A stretch of DNA of 64,000 bases from Eledone cirrhosa (Eukaryota): positions 88,040,001 through 88,104,000 of the forward strand of contig OZ024746.1 in assembly GCA_964016885.1 (NCBI GenBank), given 5' to 3'. The notes beneath the pieces were generated by a model. It worked only from the letters and a program-made list of their open reading frames with translations, had not been told where the DNA came from and made no database searches. Positions 25,723 through 38,560 of this stretch are shown piece after piece. The position numbers and the translations under genes were made by a program. Every line of letters begins with the position of its first letter. Within the stretch, counting starts at the first letter, position 1.

Positions 25723-26070
25723 TACCGAGAATCGTATTTCGGCTTAGGAATTAACGAAAAACAACTTCCGAGATGTGTGGCAAGCGCTCAATGATTCACA
25801 TGAACCAGAGCTACAACATACGTTTAATGCCAAACACACTGAGACGATGGTTAAACAATCATCCGCATAACCATAAAAAACGACCAAGTAATTCGTGTCA
25901 AACAAATAAACATATATGTGATTGAAAATCTACCCGGACCCCTGGATGGTTGGTAAAATCCAGCATTTGGGTTTCTGCGACTCCTAAATCAAGTACTGTC
26001 CGCTTACACAAATGATGTTAGGCTTCTGGTAAGATGATTGAAGAAGGACGCCACTTTTTCGACAGGTTTT

Positions 26071-27240
26071 AGTTCGAGTGCTAATTTAAGAAATGACCGT
26101 TACTGACCCCACGTGGGGCTCGGCAAGCGAGGCAACCCTTATTTTAAGCGGCGAATTCATTATGCGTATATTATTGCAAGAATGCAAAACATCACAAAAC
26201 GAATTAAGCTCTCATTAGACACATATTCTCACATATATAACAATAGGACCCAGGTAAAGATTTTTTACTGACCTGGGCATAACGCTGTGGCTGGGTGTAA
26301 AATATATAATCCACATGGTGTTTCCACAATATTGATCGCAACATCGCACGCAACGACAGCGCTAAGTTTCTGCAAATCCATGATCGACAAATTCCTATTG
26401 CAGGAGTCTGCAATATAATGGTTTTTGACGACAGAACATAGGATCTACTTCTTCGGCAAGTCTTTCGTTCTTAGCCAAAGCGGGTATGCTAAGCTGTCTG
26501 AACATAATGTTATATATATGAGAGTGTGTGTCTAATGAGAGCTTAATTCGTTTTGTGATGTTTTGTATTCTTGCAATAATATACGCATAATGAATTCGCC
26601 GCCTAAAATAAGGGTTGCCTCCCTTGCCGAGTCCCACGTGGGGTCTGTAACGGTCATTTCTTAAATTAGAACTCGAACCTGGTAGTTTTTCTAACTTTAT
26701 AGAGCTCATTCAGTTGAAGAACGACACGTTGATCCTCTTCACAATCTGCCCACTGAATAACAACACCATTCTTATTTGATGTTTGTTTGATAACTTCTAG
26801 TCGAGTGCTTTATTCGGTTTGAATAAGGGGATTCATACCTTTATCTCAAATTAGAATACACCGCCTAAGCGGGGGTTACCTCCCTTCGGACAAAACCATG
26901 TGTCTGTGGCGACCTTTAAAGTCACAGCATACACGCTTTGGCTAAGAACGAAAGACTTGCTGAAGAAGTAAATCCTATGTTCTGTCGTCAAAAACCATTA
27001 TATTGCAGACTCCTGCAATAGGAATGTGTCGATCATGGATTTGCAGAAACTTAGCGCTGTCAATGTGATCAATATTGTGGAAACACCATGTGAATTATAT
27101 ATTTTACACCCAGCCTCAGCGTTATGTCCAGGTAAGTAAAACATCTTTACCTGGGTTCTGTATTTTCGTTGCTCTAGTGATGCGGTCGGACTGCCGACTG
27201 CTTATTTTTAATTTGCTAAGCTGTCTGAACATAATGTTAT
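26071..27240. repeat. Interleaved inverted duplications: 26071-26242 with 26507-26678, and 26243-26485 with 26935-27160
   Basis: Direct reverse-complement matches. TGCTAAGCTGTCTGAACATAATGTTATA is repeated directly at about 26487 and 27213. Confidence 0.85.
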
Positions 27241-27334
27241 ACTCTTACCTCATCTGAGTGCTAAAGCTACAAACCGAATAAGCATACACGGTAGCTTGGC
27301 CGTATACTAGAGCCTCGTCTATGCTGTACTAAAA

Positions 27335-27644
<310 letters not shown>

Positions 27645-27681
27645 AATAATACTGGCAGCGCTGGGATTCGAACACACGCCT

Positions 27682-27717
<36 letters not shown>

Positions 27718-27721
<4 letters not shown>

Positions 27722-27918
27722 AAAAGAGTCAGGACCCCGACGGCTGAGCTCCGGCCCTTTCGACAGCTAGATCCTATCTGCTCGTATCTAACTGTCGAAA
27801 CAAACGGACCTCAGCCGTCGATGTCCTGTCTCTTTTACTATTACCCACTATACTACCCTAAGTATCGAGTACTCTGGTGCGTTATGAACCACCTGGTTCG
27901 CTACCACACTTTTCTGTT
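27718..27918. mobile_element. Small fold-back element (about 55-bp arms plus tail) in (TA)n
   Basis: TAGGAAAAGAGTCAGGACCCCGACGGCTGAG...TTTCGACAGCTAGAT pairs with ATCTAACTGTCGAAA...CTCAGCCGTCGATGTCCTGTCTCTTTTACTA. The tail carries TCGAGTACT. Only the GAAA/GUC half of the HHR is present. Confidence 0.8.
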
Positions 27919-28974
27919 ATATATATAGAGCGATAATTTATTTACTAGAATATATAATAGAATTTATTTCAGACATTCTATTAAATCAAAGACAAGAGTT
28001 TATTATCGCATGTAACCATAGAATTAGAAAGACATTCAAGTATTATAAATACAACTAAACAAATAAAGAAAATAATATAAAAGAAAAAAAAAATATATAT
28101 ATATATATGTGTGTGTATATATATTTTTAGCTATTAGAATTAATCCATAGATTCAAACCTATATCTCATCCCTATAACTGTTTTAAATAATTAACTATTA
28201 ATGAGCACTATATATTACATTATGTTCAACGCTCTAACAACATTTTAACAGACATACGTTTAAACCTATTAAGAAAACCATATTATTAATGAGATTTCTT
28301 ATTCGAAAATAAAATTCCCTACAGGTAAAACTTCATTCTGACCACTGTAACACAAATTGTATTATTTTCTTACCTATATATTTTTTTATCTAAATTTTAC
28401 TTTTCTTTGATTCCAACTATATTCCTCTACTTGTTCTATTTTTAGAACAAATTATTCTTCTTGAACAAATAAATAAAAATATTTAGGATTGTTCTATACT
28501 ATTCTACTAGATATAACACATTGATATATGTACCACTTTTCCTCCAACTTTAATCTTCCTTGACCGTCCACACTTTTCTATACAATCTGTCTAAATTCCT
28601 TTACACTCGCAACTTTCTTTCTTTTTTTAAATGTGATTCGACCTAACTCTGCATCAACCCAACCATCTAGCTGCTTTCCACTGCATATTGCACATTGGGC
28701 ACATGCATTTGGATTCTAACAAATTCACCAATCTCTCTTCTCCTCTCCTATCTCCATATCTCTCTCTCTTTAAAATTGGTCTACTCTTCAACCATGTGTA
28801 TATATATATATATATTAATGTGTCATCAGTATTCCGTGTGTCGTCGTATTAAAGATGAAATCCAGGCATTGGTTATGTTGTACTCAAAATGATGTCGATG
28901 TACTAAGAAAATATTTCCTTTTTGCTATATACAGCGAGATATGACATGTGTAACTTCATCTTTTGGATAATAAA

Positions 28975-29163
28975 TATTATTTCTACTGTTGGCACAAGGC
29001 CAGCAAATACCCCAGTGCATTACTAGTACTTTATTTTATCGACCTCGTTAGAATGAAAGGCTAAGCCATCCTCGGCGGATTTGAACACAGACCATAAAAA
29101 GTCATAACTCTATGCTACAAAGTATGGTGTCTGACGCTCTACCGACACTGCCAAACCACCTCC
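28975..29163 (-). mobile_element. Full-length tRNA-derived SINE copy
   Basis: Aligns along its length with 5927-6114. Confidence 0.85.
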
Positions 29164-29911
29164 TAAAACAGATAAGCTACTCATTAAGTATCTGATCTGA
29201 GAAAGGTTTGCAACTGATTATGTATTTCTATTAAATGGTCAAAGTGGCAAAATATTACCGAATATCAATTCTTGTATGACTGGAACTGATGCTTAGAACG
29301 TTTAATTTGGAAAAAAGGATAGACAAATGCGGGGCCTCTGCTATTTTGAATGAGCGTGTCTCTTTGCAAAGTCGAGATCTCGTGTTTGATTCTACAATTT
29401 GTCATTCTAAGCATGTATTATCGTCAAACGAAACCTGGTATGTTGTTGACAATTTCCTTTTTAATATCTACAATTCTTAAAAAAGAGATAATATTTACTT
29501 CTTTTTAGGACAACGATGGACATCTTAAAATAATAACCTGTTAGCTCTTTATAACCAGCTGAACAAGAACTTCCAGTGTTTACTATCGGTAGGAAACTTA
29601 CAAATATAATGTTGTGAGCGTATTATATTATCAGTAGTAAGATATGTCTATTAGACGTGGAATCTTCCAGCATGGTCAAATGCAACCACTGTGTATGTAT
29701 ACATAACCATGCATTCTAATTCGGTTGCTTTTGCTGAAGAATTTGGCTAATTTTCCATATGTAATTATATATATGGGAGTAGAATTCAAGTGCAAGTGCA
29801 CTCAGAAGAAGGCAATGTTTTCAGAACTAGAGGGAATCTTCTTTCCAATATGCTGCCAGTTAATTTTGGCAACATTATTCCTATATCACAAGATTATAAT
29901 GTCTATATTTA

Positions 29912-30148
<237 letters not shown>

Positions 30149-30600
30149 GTTCGGTGAGTAAATGTGTGTGTATGTATATGTGAGCATGCATATTCATATG
30201 CATGTACAAGCTTTTTTTCTTCTGGCTGTCTGGTTGCTGTTGAGTATGTTTCGCCATTCGTAATACTATATTCTCTCAATGAGTAAAGAGGAAAAAAAAA
30301 GAAAAAAAGATTATAGCAATAGAAATGAAATGAAAGCAAACAGACGAAACACACAAGCTAATACACATTGACCACTAAAAACTAAGAGAAAGTGCCAGAT
30401 AGAAAACAGATCGATCGCACTTTATTTCTCTCAACCAATCTTCAAGCTGAATGTACAACATGGCTTTCAAATCTCATATTTAAGACAAAGTGTCGGATTA
30501 CACCTGTCTAGTGATTGATTAGTGCAGAGTTGAAACTGGCATCACTTAATAGCAGCAGCAACAGTAGTAAATAGTAGTAGTAGTAAGTAGTTGATAATAC

Positions 30601-30664
<64 letters not shown>

Positions 30665-30835
30665 TGTAGTAGTAGTAGTAGTAGATAGTTGGTTTCCAGC
30701 ATAAAAATAAAGAGCAAGAAATATTGATTTATTGACCACTATAAATCTTGGTGAAATTGGCTTACAGAACAGTGCAAACGTAATCATTGTTGATAATAAC
30801 GACGGTGAATATTATTACTATTACTATTATTATTA

Positions 30836-30870
<35 letters not shown>

Positions 30871-30949
30871 GGTCTGTTCGGACGTCGTTTGTCTCGCTCC
30901 CTGTAAGTCGCTTTATTTACCTGTTATACTTATTTGTTGTTTAATTGTT

Positions 30950-33900
30950 CTTGTTGTGTAAGGGATATAAGCCCTTGGACTTGGCCCTGTGAAGGGAAAA
31001 GTATAATATTTGGGCTTTTGTCTCAAATATTTGAACAATATTTGAACATTTTACTTTAAATATTAAAAAAAAAAATATGGCTGAGTCACGCATCCCAGCA
31101 ATATGTCTGCTGTCGTGTGACAACGGTGTAAAAGTTGTCAACATTAATACAACACACAGCACCACAGACAACGTTAACAAAGACAGCAATACTGAGAACA
31201 CTTATTTTAAAAGATTACCACACGAACTACAACAATAACAGCGACAATCAAAATACAGATAACAGAAAAAAATGCACTCAGTGGAAATATAAGTAATAGC
31301 AATGGCAATTATTTAGATTTGTCACATACAGACATGGATTTCCCGCCATTACCAATGTCTACAGGTGTTAAAGCTGCCACCCGCTCCACCACAATGTCAA
31401 AAAGAACAACCAACACCACTGATACCACCACCACAGCAACAACTGAAACAAAAAATTAATTATTTTCTCGTAATATCGAAATGGATTTTCCTAAAATCGA
31501 CTTTTCCACGTCGAACGCCACTGACCACCACCACCACCACCACCACAACTGAAACTAAAAATAATAATAACAAAAATGACAATAACAACAACAGTAACAA
31601 CAGCAACAATAAGAAGAACAGCAACATCAACAACAGCGCAAAACCAAATGTATCGTTTGCTAAAGTGATAAACAAAAATGAAACGATTGCGGTAAGCCAG
31701 TAAGAATTGAATGAAACCAAACGAATGGTAAACAAAATATGCTTACAGGATCAGCCTCATCCCACCTCACCCAACTAATACCATGGAGCATCGACGCCTA
31801 TGCACCGTGTCATATCGGACGAAACATATTAAAACGAGCCGAGTGAAACGGGCATCCGAGTACCAGATACAAAAAGCTTTGGGACATGTGTGGGCTCAAA
31901 AAACCCACATCAGACCTGGGCAAAAGTATGGAACCGTTGACGTTGACAGGTAGACTGAGTGCACTCTATTGCCCCATTAAAAGTGACCCACATTCCGCCA
32001 GCCATTTGAATTCCCTGGGTAATGGCTGCCGTCCACGCCGACATCGAGGCCGAATCTAAATTAATTGAAGTGATAAAAGTGAAGCAGGAGACTGGTCAGG
32101 ATCTGGGGTGGAGCGCCTGAGTCAAGCGGACCAAAACAACATGCAGGAAATTCCAGAGGTGATAAACCTCAATGATAGCAACCACCTCACCGTAATCGTT
32201 TAGGGTAGAATGCCTAGGTGTGTCGTTTGTAGCGAAGGAACACAGCGAAAGGTTTTTTGCCCTCAGGCTAAACAATTTAGGCAACCTCTCTTACCCACCC
32301 TACTGACTCATCAATCAAAACCAGCAGCAGAAATGGCAGCAACCACTGTAGCAGCAACGACTCCAGCAACTGTATTAGCAGAAGTAGCAAAACCAACACC
32401 ACCACACCTCACCGCGCCAGAATTAACACCATCGCCTCCAACATCCACCACGCCACAACCAAAACCAACGCCTGTGGAGGATTTTCCCCTCCCGACCTAT
32501 CGCAACTGGAGACATATTGTGACGAAGAGGGGGATTGGGAAAACGCATCGGGTCATCCAGATCTATTTTGTAGAGAAATAGATAGGTCTAGCAAAGGTTT
32601 GCGCAATTCGAACTAGTCTACTACGTGGACCACAAATTCGTGATCTGTGAGGTTGACTTAGATAGGGTTCATAGACAGGCTTCTTAGATAGGCTTCATAG
32701 ACGGATACTGGAAGTTAAACGCGTCGTTAACAGCGCACAAGGCCCACAGACACCGGATTAGCGAACTAGTTAAGCGGGCGTTGACGGGAGTCATGGTAAA
32801 CAGAAAATGGTGCTTTGCCCTGAAAAGAGAGATTAGAATAGAGGCCATTCAGTTCAGTAAGGCGTTAGCAATAGAGAGATAGAGCAGAGGGAGAACTAGT
32901 TTGAAAATTAGACGAGGCTCTTAGTAAATGCATCGCGGCAGATGTGTATGCGGCGAAATTGGTCCTACACCAATTCTTCAAGGCAAAGCATGAAGGCTGA
33001 GTTGTCACAACTAGGGTGCGTGCTCTCAGACACGAGGGGACGAAAGCCGTCCAATGGGCCCGAGTGGCGACGGCGCGTCGTGGCAACAAAGCCACGATCC
33101 GGTCTTTGGTGTACCACGACGGGCGCATGCTAGTCGATCCCGGGCAAATGTGTGAAACTTTTCAGCGACACTTCGCCCAACTGTTCGGCGGCAGTGGCGG
33201 GCCTGACCGTGTGATGGACTTTAGTGCCCTCCTCGACGGACCGCCACAGAGCTTTACGTACGCATGCCAGACTTGTTCGGAGAGCTCCTGGTGGATGTCT
33301 ACTGCATCTGGCAACAGAACGGGAGAATTCCCAGCTCTGTGAGCCGAGAAGTGGTGGTGCTGCTGAGAAAGGATCCGTAAAGAGGGATAAGATGGATAAT
33401 TTCAGGCCCATAACTCTGCTAAACACAGAGTTCAATATGTTGGGCAAGGTACTAGCAAAGCGGTTGGCGTTTGTCGTTGGTGGTCTGGTGGGAGAGGCGC
33501 AGATATGCACCATCCCAGACAGATCCATCCACGACAACCATCACCTCATGCGATACATCGTGGTGAGGGTAGCTAGGGAACCTTGCATGGGTGGGTCCTT
33601 GATAAATTTAGATCAGTCGAAAGCTTTCGATAGGGTCGACGAACCTTATCTGGCGGCAGTCCTGAAGGCGGCTGGCTTTGGGCCTGTCGCCAGGGGCTGG
33701 AACGCTGACATGCACAGCGACATGTGCTCTGTAGTGAGAGGGAACGGTCACCTTTCGGAACCGTTCAATATCATGCGCTCGGTCCGCCAAGGATGCCCCC
33801 TCTCGTCCCTATTGTACGTATTGACTCTCGAGCCATTACTGCACAAACTGGAGAGGTTGAGGGCGGTCCCCCAGGAACTGGGATGCGGGAGATCCGTGTC

Positions 33901-34928
33901 AGATGATGTCACCGTAGTGGTGTAGAACGCCAAACATATCGAGGCGATCGGCACTACACTAAGACAATACGAGGCGGTGAAAGGAACAATGATCAATAGG
34001 GAAAAGTCGGTGGGACTGCAGCTCTGCACCTGGAGAGACAGGTTCATGCCGTCCAACAGCTTCGTCGGGCACTGGACGGACCGGTTTAATTGCTAGGGGT
34101 ATGGTTCGGTCCAGACCTCCAGACGGACAAAAATTGGGACGATGTGACGAGCAGGATGGCTTCTCTCCCCCAGAAATGGGCAGAGAGGAAGTTATCCCTG
34201 AAAGGTCGAGCGTAGGTGGCACACGCGTACATCGCGTCCGTCATCTGCCAGACCGTCGTGCCTTGTCCTAAGTCTCGCCTGACTGCGCTGGAATGTTTGC
34301 TATTTCGCTTTATATGCAAGGGACGCGCTCCGATGGTCAGGCAGTCCATCTGCTGTCAACACCCGCTACGTGGAGGGCTGGACATGCCCTAGCTGATGAT
34401 GAGCACACACGCGCTCAGGCTACGACATCTCCACCTCTCCTTCAACGGTGACCATGTATAGTCGGCGTTTGCTAGACGCGTGTTTCCCCTGATCGTCTCC
34501 TTGACAGACACTTTTCTCTTCGGCCAATCCATCATTAACTTTTTCAAGTTTCACTTAGAAAGGAAGGTGAGGGTGGAGAGAGAAGTGCTGCTCCCCAGTA
34601 CATTTGCTGAAAGGTGAGTGAATGTGGCGAGAATGGCCCGTGTGAGTGGGCCTACTCTGGTCATGCGGCTGTAGGTAGGTACATTTGAGGAGGAGAGGGG
34701 TGCCTTTCCAGGGTGCTCTTGAAGCGTCGGGTCGTTCAGGATTGGTGTGGTACCTGAGCGAACCCTGGGTGGTCATCCCCCTCATTGGGTCATTTTTCTT
34801 GTATTTTTATTGTTACTTTGTTATTCTTATTCATATTGTTTAGTCGAGTTTTCTGTAAAACCCCACTGTCCCAGTCTTTTGTATTGTCCCCTATATGTCG
34901 GCCCTTGTGGCCAATAAATGAAATCATT
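30950..34928 (+). mobile_element. Decayed Tx1/L1-clade LINE (ORF1 remnants, APE C-terminus, RT, 3' UTR)
   Basis: ORF1 knuckle remnant GRMPRCVVC...CP; DHKFV..E (end of APE); GYWKLNASL; NFRPITLLNTE; LDQSKAFDRVD; SVRQGCPLS; DDVT; 3' AATAAA at about 34913. Many stops and deletions. The 5' limit is approximate. Confidence 0.9.
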
Positions 34929-34992
34929 ATTAACATTATCATGTTGTTGTTGTTATTATTGTTGTAATTATTATTATTGTTATTATCATCAT

Positions 34993-35840
34993 TAATTTTG
35001 CCTTTCATCCTTACGGGGTCGATAAAATAAAGTACCAGTAATGTACTGGGTATTTGCTGGCCTTGACCCAAAAGTAGAAACAATTATTAGGGTGGTGGAT
35101 TGGCAGTATCGGTAGACGGTCCGACGCCATGCTTTGCCACATATAGTTACGGCCCTTTATGATCTGATCAAATCCCGCCGAGGTTAACTTTGCCTTTCTT
35201 CCTTACGTGCTCGATAACATAAAGTACCAGTAATGTACTGAATATTTGCTGGTCTTGTGCCAATTGTAGAAACAATTATTACAATGAACATGATAACACT
35301 GATAAAACAAAATAATTGTTTCTACATTTGTCACAAGGCCAGTAATTATCCAGTACTTTACTGGTACTTTATTTTATCGACCCCGTAACGATAAAAGGCA
35401 AAGTTAAACTCGGCGGGATTTGAACTCAGAATTGCAAGGGCCGTAACTCTATGCGTCAAAGCATGGCGTCCGACGCCTCTACCGATACTGCCAATCCAAA
35501 TGAATAATGAATGAAAATAATTCTAAGTATGTTTCATAGAGGAATTGGTATTGGATGAATGTTTATCCTCTGTATTAGTAAATTGTAATAGATAGGAATT
35601 TTCCAACCCTACATGTTTTCAAGTGGTTGATGCTTCAGAATTACTTTAACTATCTATCTCACAATTGGAACTATCGGTAGAGTGTCGGACGCCATGCTTT
35701 CCTGCTTAGTTGCGTCCTTTTACGATCTGAGTTCAAATCCCGCCGAGGTTAACTTTGTCTTTCGACCTTACGGGGTCGATAAATAAAGTAGCAGTAATAT
35801 ACTGACTAATTGCTGGCCTTGTGCCAAAAGTAGAAACAAA
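34993..35840. mobile_element. Cluster of four SINE copies: about 34993-35088 (+, 3' half), 35091-35280 (+), 35311-35498 (-), 35670-35840 (+)
   Basis: Each aligns with the in-window SINE consensus. Confidence 0.88.
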
Positions 35841-36130
35841 TATACATATACTTTTTTATTTGAGTTTTCAAATAACATCTTAGAAATAGTTTTGTTTTCA
35901 ATTGCTGCATTTCTCTTCAACTGAGTTCAATGCATTGATTTTGCCTTAAGGTCCTGAGATCGAAATATGAAATGAAAAAATCATAATTATTATAGAAGAG
36001 AAATAAATAAGAAAGTAATATATGTGTGTTTAATCATGTGATTGGCAGGATGCCTGAAGTATTATACACATACACACACGCCCCCCCCCCCACACACATA
36101 AATACATATATATACGTGTGTATATATATA

Positions 36131-36884
36131 TATATCATAAAACATGACTATAGAATCACCAGATAAAATATATACCATTTTCTCTCCCAATTAGCAGAAT
36201 TAACCATATAAAAAATCGATTAGACCAAGCTATAAGAATAAAGGCTTCTATGAAAAAATCTCCGTCAAATAACCGAAAGCAGCCCATCGCGTTGGTTGCG
36301 ACGGAATATTTATCGAGTATTTCGACAGCGTGTATGAATCGCCCATGTAATAATCTCCCGTAAGGTTGAGATAACATTTTGGCTGTATTGTGCTGCGCTT
36401 TCTAGCAAAAGACCACCAGCCGTAAGCAACTAATCACATGCTTTCTAACCTGACCGCGGCTACGTCACGATTCTTAGCCATTTTCGAATGTATTCTTGGC
36501 ACGATCACTTTGGAAAATGTATTGTCTAAATTTGAGCTAACTTCCTGAAGAGTCCAATGCTATCGGATATCTTAAAATGCGGACGAAACCATGATAGAGG
36601 TAACTAAATATGTTCACTTTTCTCCTAGTTTATTTTACACCTAATTCGGTTTAATTGACTGTATATCTGGGCGATTCATACACGCTGTCGAAATACTCGA
36701 TAAATATTCTGTCGCAACCAATGCGAAGGGCTGCTTTCGGTTATTTGTCGGAGATTTCTTCATAGAAGCCTTTATTCTTATAGCTTGGTCTAATCGATTT
36801 GTTATATGGTTAATTATGCTAATTGGGAGAGGAAATGGTATATATTTTATCTGGTGATTCTATAGACATGTTTTATGATATATA
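36131..36884. mobile_element. Fold-back element: about 215-bp arms (36131-36345 and 36668-36884) with an HHR in the spacer
   Basis: The arms are reverse complements. HHR at 36540-36601 (plus): ACTTC-CTGAAGA-GTCC...GGAC-GAAA-CCATGA-TA-GAGGT, with one stem III mismatch. Confidence 0.85.
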
Positions 36885-36928
36885 GCTCTGATTATTTAAT
36901 TTATTAACTCTTCATTGTGACCCGTTGC

Positions 36929-37054
<126 letters not shown>

Positions 37055-37109
37055 CTTTACATATATATATATATGTGTGTGTGTGAGGGTGTGTATATAA
37101 TATATATAT

Positions 37110-37400
37110 AATACAATATGTAGAAAGGATAACACACCAGAGAGAGAGAGAGATATATAGTGCGTTATCAGTCAAACAGGGAAACACCACCAGTGTATGG
37201 AATCTATAGCCCATTGAAGACAAAGTAGACACACAATAATTAAAAGTATAAATCAAAGTTCAAATACATACCTTGATAACTATCTAACACACACGTACAA
37301 ATCCGAGAGGATCTGTTTCACCAACTAATTTGTTGACAGAAATGATTGGCCTAAGGTTCATAAGCGTGTGTAGGGCTATAGATTTCAGACAACACTAACA
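37110..37400 (-). mobile_element. Family Y short element with a degenerate HHR (37289-37371)
   Basis: Reverse complement: ACACACG-CTTATGA-ACC...GGT-GAAA-CAGATCC.TCTC.GGATTTG-TA-CGTGTGT. Aligns with 57845-58120. Confidence 0.7.
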
Positions 37401-37587
37401 TAATGAAGAGCGGTTGTCCAGCCAGACGTGGGAAAAAAAATTCACAGCGTGCCTAGAACAGTAACCAGTGTACTCTGAGGGACAAGCTGCAAGAAAGGGC
37501 AGCCCGAACCACTCGGAGAAGTATATATATATACATGGAAAAGAATGAAACGGAATTTCATTTCTCACTCTTAGAACGGCTGAATCA

Positions 37588-38492
37588 TAATTCTCAGCTA
37601 AGTTCCCAGGCGATGCGTGGATACAGAGAACTTATACAAAAATAATTCAGTGGATGGAAAAAAGCAAGCGTGGACTAAATTCCAAGACATTGAAAAAATC
37701 ACTGCCTACTTGGTCGGTGGCAAATTCAAAAGAATCAATCACGTGACATCGAGGTTAATCAGTGAGGAGTGGGGTGTTATGAAGACAGTAGCCGAACTAT
37801 TACTATGAACTATAGTAGCAGTTTTGGCAAATTTTTGCTCAACAAAATAATTTTGTTACGTAACTATATTTATCCCCTTACAGAAACTAATTAGTTGGAG
37901 TGAACATTTTAGTAAGTAAGTTAATTTTTAATTTTTAAAATGTTCTTATTTTACGTCTTTCATATAATTGTTCTGCATCCCCCTGCATAGAACCACAAAG
38001 GTACTAAGACATAACATATATATTTGCTAGCACGGGTATACATCTGTATACATATGTTGGTAGATATACTAATTCTCTATATTTATCTCCAAATTATTTG
38101 TTGAGTAAAACTTGCCAAAATTGACTACTGTGATTCATGGGAGTAGTAGGCTCTTGTCATAATACCATCCCACCCCTCCCTGATTAACTTCAGTGGCACG
38201 CGATTGATCCTTTAGAATCTGCCACTGACCAAAAAGGCAGTGAATTTTTTCAGTGCTTTGGAATTTAGTCCCCGCTAGCTTTATACCATCCACTGAATTA
38301 TTATTTTTATATGGGTTCCTAGTGTCCGCGCATTGCCTGGGAACTTAGCTGAGAATAGACTCCCTGATGACGTAAGGAATTCTCTATAGTTATGTTACGT
38401 AACTATATTTCTCCCCTTACAGAAACTAATTAGTTGGAGTGAAAATTTTAGTAAGTTAATTTTTTATTTTTTAAAATTTCTTCTTTTACGTC

Positions 38493-38500
<8 letters not shown>
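37588..38500. mobile_element. Diverged inverted repeat (37588-37855 and 38091-38356) followed by an HHR; direct repeat of 37853-37965 at 38393-38500
   Basis: HHR at 38359-38440 (plus): ACTCC-CTGATGA-CGTAAGG...CCTTACA-GAAA-CTAATTAG-TT-GGAGT. Confidence 0.8.
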
Positions 38501-38559
<59 letters not shown>

Positions 38560-38560
<1 letters not shown>

